Positions 58,576 through 64,000 of a DNA stretch of 64,000 bases are shown piece by piece (within the stretch, counting starts at the first letter, position 1; each line of letters begins with the position of its first letter). Under the pieces are notes generated by a model, which saw only the letters and a program-made list of their open reading frames with translations, ran no database searches and was not told the origin of the DNA. The DNA is from Entomortierella parvispora E1425 (lineage: Eukaryota > Fungi > Mortierellomycota): assembly GCA_020891255.1 (NCBI GenBank), contig BQFW01000013.1, positions 930,001-994,000 on the forward strand. The letters run 5' to 3'. A program made the translations under genes and the position numbers.

Positions 58576-58592
58576 GTGGCGCCCCATCTGCT

Positions 58593-60188
58593 TTATTTCA
58601 CAACGTGCAGCTCCACTTCATGCCTGACGCCGACATCATGTTCCGACAAGATGGTCCACAGGCCGCGATGTATGTCGGCGGTGGGGTGGATCACACCGCG
58701 AAGGGTTTTCAACCGAGGCCAATGTTCCGAGATCCAGCGGACATCGTTCTCGTCCATTTTTTGGTTCGTGTCAAACAGCATCAACGTCTCTAGGCATCGC
58801 ATCGTGCCAAGGAGGTCCAGCCCTTGGGAGAGCGACAGTTGCAGAAAGGACAGGTCGCTAGTCGTTCGATAGTTTTTGTGCATGGGCCTGGTCATCGTCC
58901 TTGAAAAGTCCCAGTATTTCAGTTGACTCAAAGTGGCCAGTCGTGTCAGGATCATACTCTGGGAAGAAGGTTTGACCAAGTCGATACATAAAACTAACTT
59001 TGTCAGCCCCAAACACACCCAGGGTCGCGGATCATTCTCAATGTCAACGTCCTGGAGCCATGGTGCGTAAAGGACCTCCAACTGAGATAGCTCACAGAGG
59101 ATCTCTTGCACCCAAACTCCTTTCATCAGCGTGGATTGGTGAAGGTTCAGGACACGAAGGGAGGAACAGTGGCGTCCTTGAACTATACGCCAGGAAGGTT
59201 CTCCAAACCAGGAACTAGAATCCAACGCTAACCCTTCCAATGAGCCATCCGCTCGAGACTCAAGAAATGGGAGAATCTCGTCCTCTCGACTCGCATCCAA
59301 ACTTAAACGGATGCTGCGGAGCTTCGGGCAGAGTTGCGCCATGTCAGCAAAAGTGTTGCCAATGGGGAACTGATCGCCTGTCGTTGCGCCGTTGCTTCTA
59401 TAGAAGGAGAGGTCGGGATACCATTCAAACTTTTCCAGATCGGGACAGAGTCTTAGGAACTCCAGCTCGTCTTCCAAACAACTAAACCCCGCAATGTTGG
59501 TCAACATCAGCTCCTTGATTTTTGTTGGAGGAAGAGATCCAAAGTGAGATGCTGCTCTGGGGCGATCATGGTTGTCTTGGGTTAAGGAGATAGATCCATC
59601 GCCGTTGGGTATATATAATTTGACCAGCAACAAGCGCAGTTTCCTCAACCGCGACCAGACAGATGAACAAAGATCCCAGTCTTCTTCTGCAACAATCCCT
59701 TCGGTGACTGCCAACATCTCCAGCAATGGACAGGAAGCTGCAGCTTCCCAAGAGTCGTGGCTGGTCTTTCCATTGTATGTTTCTTGTCCGTAGGTTACAA
59801 TGTCAAAGGACAGCTCAGTGAGGGTCTCTTGAAACTGGCGAATCACCAATGCTTGAGATCCTTGCTCCCATTGACGGATGGTCAGGACCTGTAATGTGGG
59901 GCAGGCAACCTGCTGCAGGAAACCATTGGCGCCTCCGTAGGTGTCTAGTCTCTGAATAAATTCAGCATTGCGGACAAAGGTTGAGAGTGGAACCTCCTTG
60001 GTGTTGATCGTCCAGGCACTGTGCGAGACGAGTCTTAGTCTTTGCCAGATCCACGGTTGAAAAGACCTGTTCCAGTCGCGCGAAACACAGGCGCAGACGG
60101 TGAGGTCATGTCGATTCAGGAACTTTGCCAAATGCTGTCTTATCTCTGGTAGGTCCAGTGGATGATGGGATGATGACATTGGGGGCAT
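58593..60188 (-). CDS. F-box / LRR (RNI-like) protein, intronless, of the type expanded in Mortierellaceae
   Basis: HPLDLPEIRQHLAKFLNRHDLTVCACVSRDWNRSFQPWIW F-box, leucine-rich repeats, PWVCLGLTKL and LQLSLSQGLDLLGTMRCLETL C-terminal motifs. Confidence 0.9.
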   Translation of the reverse strand: MPPMSSSHHPLDLPEIRQHLAKFLNRHDLTVCACVSRDWNRSFQPWIWQRLRLVSHSAWTINTKEVPLSTFVRNAEFIQRLDTYGGANGFLQQVACPTLQVLTIRQWEQGSQALVIRQFQETLTELSFDIVTYGQETYNGKTSHDSWEAAASCPLLEMLAVTEGIVAEEDWDLCSSVWSRLRKLRLLLVKLYIPNGDGSISLTQDNHDRPRAASHFGSLPPTKIKELMLTNIAGFSCLEDELEFLRLCPDLEKFEWYPDLSFYRSNGATTGDQFPIGNTFADMAQLCPKLRSIRLSLDASREDEILPFLESRADGSLEGLALDSSSWFGEPSWRIVQGRHCSSLRVLNLHQSTLMKGVWVQEILCELSQLEVLYAPWLQDVDIENDPRPWVCLGLTKLVLCIDLVKPSSQSMILTRLATLSQLKYWDFSRTMTRPMHKNYRTTSDLSFLQLSLSQGLDLLGTMRCLETLMLFDTNQKMDENDVRWISEHWPRLKTLRGVIHPTADIHRGLWTILSEHDVGVRHEVELHVVK

Positions 60189-60280
60189 GTGCAGTGAAAT
60201 GAGAGAGATGGGCAATTGCATTCTCTTGGCAACTATTTTTTTTTTATTGTTTGTCGCCATGTGGCAGTGTCTGTGTCCCT

Positions 60281-62387
60281 TCAGATCAAGATCGACTCGA
60301 AATATCCTTCCACGTCGCTCCACGCGTCTGCACCGACGCCCTGGACACGGAACGCGATGTGCGTGTCTGGCCGGATAACAAAAAGAGCCCCCTCTTCTCC
60401 TGTAACCTCCACACCGTAGCGACTGTGCAATAGCCCATCCACATCCACATACGCTTTCCCCTCACCAGCGCTCCTGAGTTCAAGCACGTTATCCCTTGTC
60501 TCTGTCAAGACTGTGAGGCTATGCATCATAAAAAGAGGCCCCCGACTAGCAGAGCTGGAGTTGCCCCCCTTACTTAAAGGCCATTTCGATCGCCATTGTC
60601 CAAGACGTTGATCCATCTCAGCAGCCAACTCAGATGCGGCCTCGGGTCTGCTCTGCCATTGAGTGCCGGTGAACGCCAGCACATGGAAAACTCCCGGGAA
60701 GGCCAACAGATCGTAGAGACGGACCTCGTTCTGATGAACACTGTCCCCTCCAAGAGCAACAGCGTTGTCGCCCTTTCGCACTGGGATGAGGATCGAATCG
60801 GCGGCACGCCGACCAATTGCGCCAGGTCCTGTCGGCGCGACTTGTGTCTTGTGAGTCTTGTTCAGAGAGTTTTCATAATAGCGAAGGCCAAGCTATTATG
60901 AGGATGGAGCTAGTGAGTGCACAGACGTCATGGAGCAAAAAAAAAAAAATGAAAGCGCCATTTTCCCGTGATTTTCTTACCATTGAAATTGCCGGTGGTC
61001 GATACGCCAAGATTGGCATGATAATGGGCAGGAAAGACAGAACGACCCGGATGGCCAACCTTTTGAAAAAATTGTGGTTGAGACCAATGCGCAGCTGGTT
61101 GGCTGAGGTGTGGATGATTTCATCTGCAATAGCGGGCCGCTCTTCCTGGTAAGAATCCAGAAGAGAGTGTGGAGCCGTGCCATTGATCACCATGGCCATC
61201 TTCCAAGTCAGGTTATAGGCATCTTGAAGACCAGTGTTCATGCCTTGACCTCCAGCAGGAGAATGGACATGAGCAGCGTCGCCTGCCAAAAAGATACGGC
61301 CCTTGTAACAGTAGTCTTTGGCTCGTCGTTCATTGACACGGTAATAAGTTAGCCAGTTCACTTTGGTGACCTTCATGCGAATCGGGAGCATGGTCTCGTC
61401 TATTAGTCGCTGGAAATGCTTCTGCGTCACTGTTTCGGATTTCTGAGCTTCGAACTGTTCCTCTGTGAGGATTCCATTATCGTAGATGATGCGGACTCGA
61501 TTCTCATCTCCGAGTGGAAACATGGCGACTGTGCGATTGAAGTTTCCACAGATCATCCTGTTCAAGATTGAAGGCTCGTCAGAACATGTTGCTCAAATAA
61601 AAAGAAATAAAAAAAAACGCCTAAAGGACAAGGAGACCTACACGACGTTGTCTGTCGAAATATCCGTATCAAGGAATCCGTCAAACAAGATGATGCTGTT
61701 ATCTCTAGTCAGGCCCTGGAACGGCATCTTGATCTTGTGTCGAACGGTCGATCGACCTCCATCGGCCCCGATCAAAAACATGGACTTGACAGTCTCGTAC
61801 TCGTATTGCTTCTCTGCATCCTCCTCCGCGAGCTCTGTGGTTCCCATCACTTTGCTCTCGTTCGCTCGTAAGTTTGTGCCCACAAGAGCCTTTCTGATTG
61901 TGGTCTCGACCCAAGAAGATTTTTCCTGTCCTTCTCCTTCCCCGTTGCCTTCGACGACTCGCGTGTCCATGAGCTCCCAACCTCGATCGAATCGTCCTCC
62001 AGCCTTTTCAAAGGCTTCACCCAAAATCTTGACGGTTCTGTTCTGCTCCAGGAGCAACGTTGTCTTGAATCGAGTGTCCTTGGACTCCATGGGGGGCATA
62101 TCGCAAATGATTTTGCCATTCATGTAGACTTGGACGCTCTTCCAAAATCTGCCCTGATTCAAAAACTGCTGGATCAAGGAGGGATCGGTCAGTTGAAGAA
62201 TCTCCAGAGTACGGGCATGGATGCTGACAGCTTTGGAGAGAGGCGACGTAAAAGGGTCACGCTCCAGGACTCGAACAGGGATGTTCATCTTTGCAAGAAG
62301 GAGACCAGCCATGAGACCTGTAGGTCCTGCACCACAGATCAGAACTGGGATCTCGGAAGTTTTTGTTTCCGGTGCAGTTGTAGCCAT
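60281..62387 (-). CDS. FAD-dependent aromatic monooxygenase, copy 2 (paralog of 49353-51661), 3 exons
   Basis: VLICGAGPTG; FLIGADGGRSTVRH; KVNWLTYYRVNERRA...GDAAHVHSPAGGQGMNTGLQDAYNL; same two intron positions and same terminal YFESILI*. Confidence 0.92.
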
Positions 62388-62895
62388 TATTGTTGTGCGA
62401 GCAGGATGTTTGGAGATGAAGAAAAAGAGGGATGGCGAATGAAGAGATGGGTTGGGAATGAAGGAATGGGATGAGAGTAGAATGAGATGAGATGAGGACT
62501 TCTTTCTCTCTTGTAGACGTCGCGTGGTTCGGCGCGTGCTCTCGACGTCCTTCCAGGCACACGGGAATCCATGGCAAAACAATGCGCCGGCATGAACGAA
62601 TGACATGCGCAGATAGAGAGGGGAAAGGAAGGTAGCTCTTCTCTCTCTCCTCTCCCTCTCTCTCCTCCTACCTACATCCCATTCATGGTTACACCTGCTA
62701 TTCTTCAAACTTTTTTTATTGTCATTAGGGTATGTACTTGAAGAGGATGCCAGGAATGATGATGCTTGATGATGCTAGATGACGTGCTGGGATATGAACC
62801 ACATGCTTTCATCTTTTTGTGTTTTTGGAAAGAGATTTGACGCTGTTGGGCTGGGCTTGGGCTGGGCGAGGCTAGACTTGTTTACAACGTGGCAT

Positions 62896-63333
62896 TTATC
62901 CATGGCGCAGGTTGGCATCTCCATGGTGCTGATTCATTGACCGCGCCTCTTTGAGGAAATCGGGTGTCAACCGCCTTGAATGGTGAGTACTCGGTGCCTG
63001 TTGCTGATGTTGATCGGCCTCATTCGTTGGTGACTCGACTGGGATAGAGCCGTTACTATCGTGTCGTTGTCTCTCCAGACGCCCAAGGATTTCCTTGATC
63101 GTGTCTTCGCCCCTCTTTTGCAGCTCGGGCGTCACCTGGAAAGATGCTCGCGTGGGCTGCTTTTCCGTCGTTGCAGATACTGTTGCTACCGTGACTGGAG
63201 TTGTTGAATTGTGCAGCATGTGTGCATTGGAGGCGCGGAAGTACGGCTCAGTTTGGCAGTGGAGATCGTGGTGGTGTTTTAGTGGGTGATCATGGTGGTG
63301 GACCCTGGAAGGCAGCTGTGTTGACGACGACAT
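62896..63333 (-). CDS. Uncharacterised His-rich small protein, paralog 2 (145 aa, intronless)
   Basis: TATAAAA at 63430-63424. Shares DTIKEILGRLERQ and RLTPDFLKE...QHHGDANLRHG* blocks with the 52479-52991 product. Confidence 0.8.
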   Translation of the reverse strand: MSSSTQLPSRVHHHDHPLKHHHDLHCQTEPYFRASNAHMLHNSTTPVTVATVSATTEKQPTRASFQVTPELQKRGEDTIKEILGRLERQRHDSNGSIPVESPTNEADQHQQQAPSTHHSRRLTPDFLKEARSMNQHHGDANLRHG

Positions 63334-63423
63334 GATGAGAATAGATGGAGCGTGGGGATCAGGCTGAAGGTCAATTTTTGAGTGAGTGAGTTGGAGACAA
63401 CAAGAGAGAACAGGAGCCATGTC

Positions 63424-63511
63424 TTTTATACGTGGAGACATGGGTGGGGCGAGGGGGCGAAGAAAAAAAAAGTTTCCGACACCATGCGGCACAGTCGACG
63501 GTCAATTGATC
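63424..63511 (-). promoter_or_regulatory. Putative promoter of His-rich ORF 2: GATCAATTGACC (63511-63500) and TATAAAA (63430-63424)
   Basis: 11/12 match to the palindrome upstream of paralog 1, about 70 nt upstream of the TATA box. Confidence 0.5.
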
Positions 63512-64000
63512 AAGTGAACCTCCTCGGGTCCGCCTCTGTTTTGTAATGTCCACGTTACGGTGGCACAACAGGGACCTTTGCCTCGACACCAGACTCGATC
63601 CGCGGGAAAAAGGAGCGGACTTCATTATTAATTCTGGCTGGGAAATGGCTCACGTCGAAAGTGAAAGTGAACGGACAGAGGTAAGAGGATGTGGTTCGCT
63701 CCCATGCTCCCCCTCCCTGGCCCGTTCCCGACCATCACATATCACAAGGTCTAAAATTCTCTTTTTTGGAAAAGATCACAAGAGTGAAAAAGTGCTGCGG
63801 TGCAGACCTCTTTCTGGGTCATCGGAAAGAGACACGATGAGCCCCCTCTCCTCACCTAGGGACACGGGGCATGTCCCAAAGGGGACGAGCATCCCGCCCA
63901 TCCTCGTCGACATCGGCATCCGTGAGGTGGAAGAAAGCCAGTAAAAAAAAAAGCGCAGACGTGTTTTTATTGTAGAGTCCCTATAGCATCAAAGCCCAAC

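Noticed and set aside
49353-63333. Classical secondary-metabolite or RiPP biosynthetic cluster
   Set aside because: There is no PKS, NRPS, terpene synthase, DUF3328 or methyltransferase, and the His-rich ORFs lack signal peptides and repeated Kex2-flanked cores. Retained only as an unexplained two-gene module.
1-64000. CRISPR arrays, rRNA, tRNA, intact transposase or reverse transcriptase genes
   Set aside because: I saw no regularly spaced repeat-spacer arrays, RNA-gene hallmarks or DDE/RT motifs; the DNA is eukaryotic and intron-containing.

Overview
Intron-rich, roughly 50% GC fungal genomic DNA. The gene style (F-box/LRR and FAD-monooxygenase family members, long poly-A/T tracts, GT-AG introns with CTRAC branch points) points to Mortierellaceae (Mortierella/Podila/Linnemannia-like); this assignment is an inference. 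I can support about 22 protein-coding genes. Conserved or family-assignable genes: ATG11 (running off the left edge), mitochondrial-type PPTase, FAXDC2-like fatty-acid hydroxylase, NIPA Mg2+ transporter, SUN-domain protein, GPI-type aspartic protease, IMP1, a mitochondrial carrier, a FAD monooxygenase, a Cys-rich GPI-type protein, an IFRD protein, a UPF0145/YbjQ protein, VPS35, MCT1 and CCZ1. The accessory right end (49-63.5 kb) is the most interesting part. It holds two paralogous FAD_binding_3 monooxygenases, each next to one of two paralogous, uncharacterised His-rich small proteins. These small proteins share a C-terminal HG[ND]ANLRH motif and a palindromic promoter element. A second highlight is a probable 3-nt micro-exon in the UPF0145 gene, which the ORF track misses. 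I found no rRNA, tRNA, CRISPR array or intact transposon. Exon boundaries were read by eye and are approximate unless stated.
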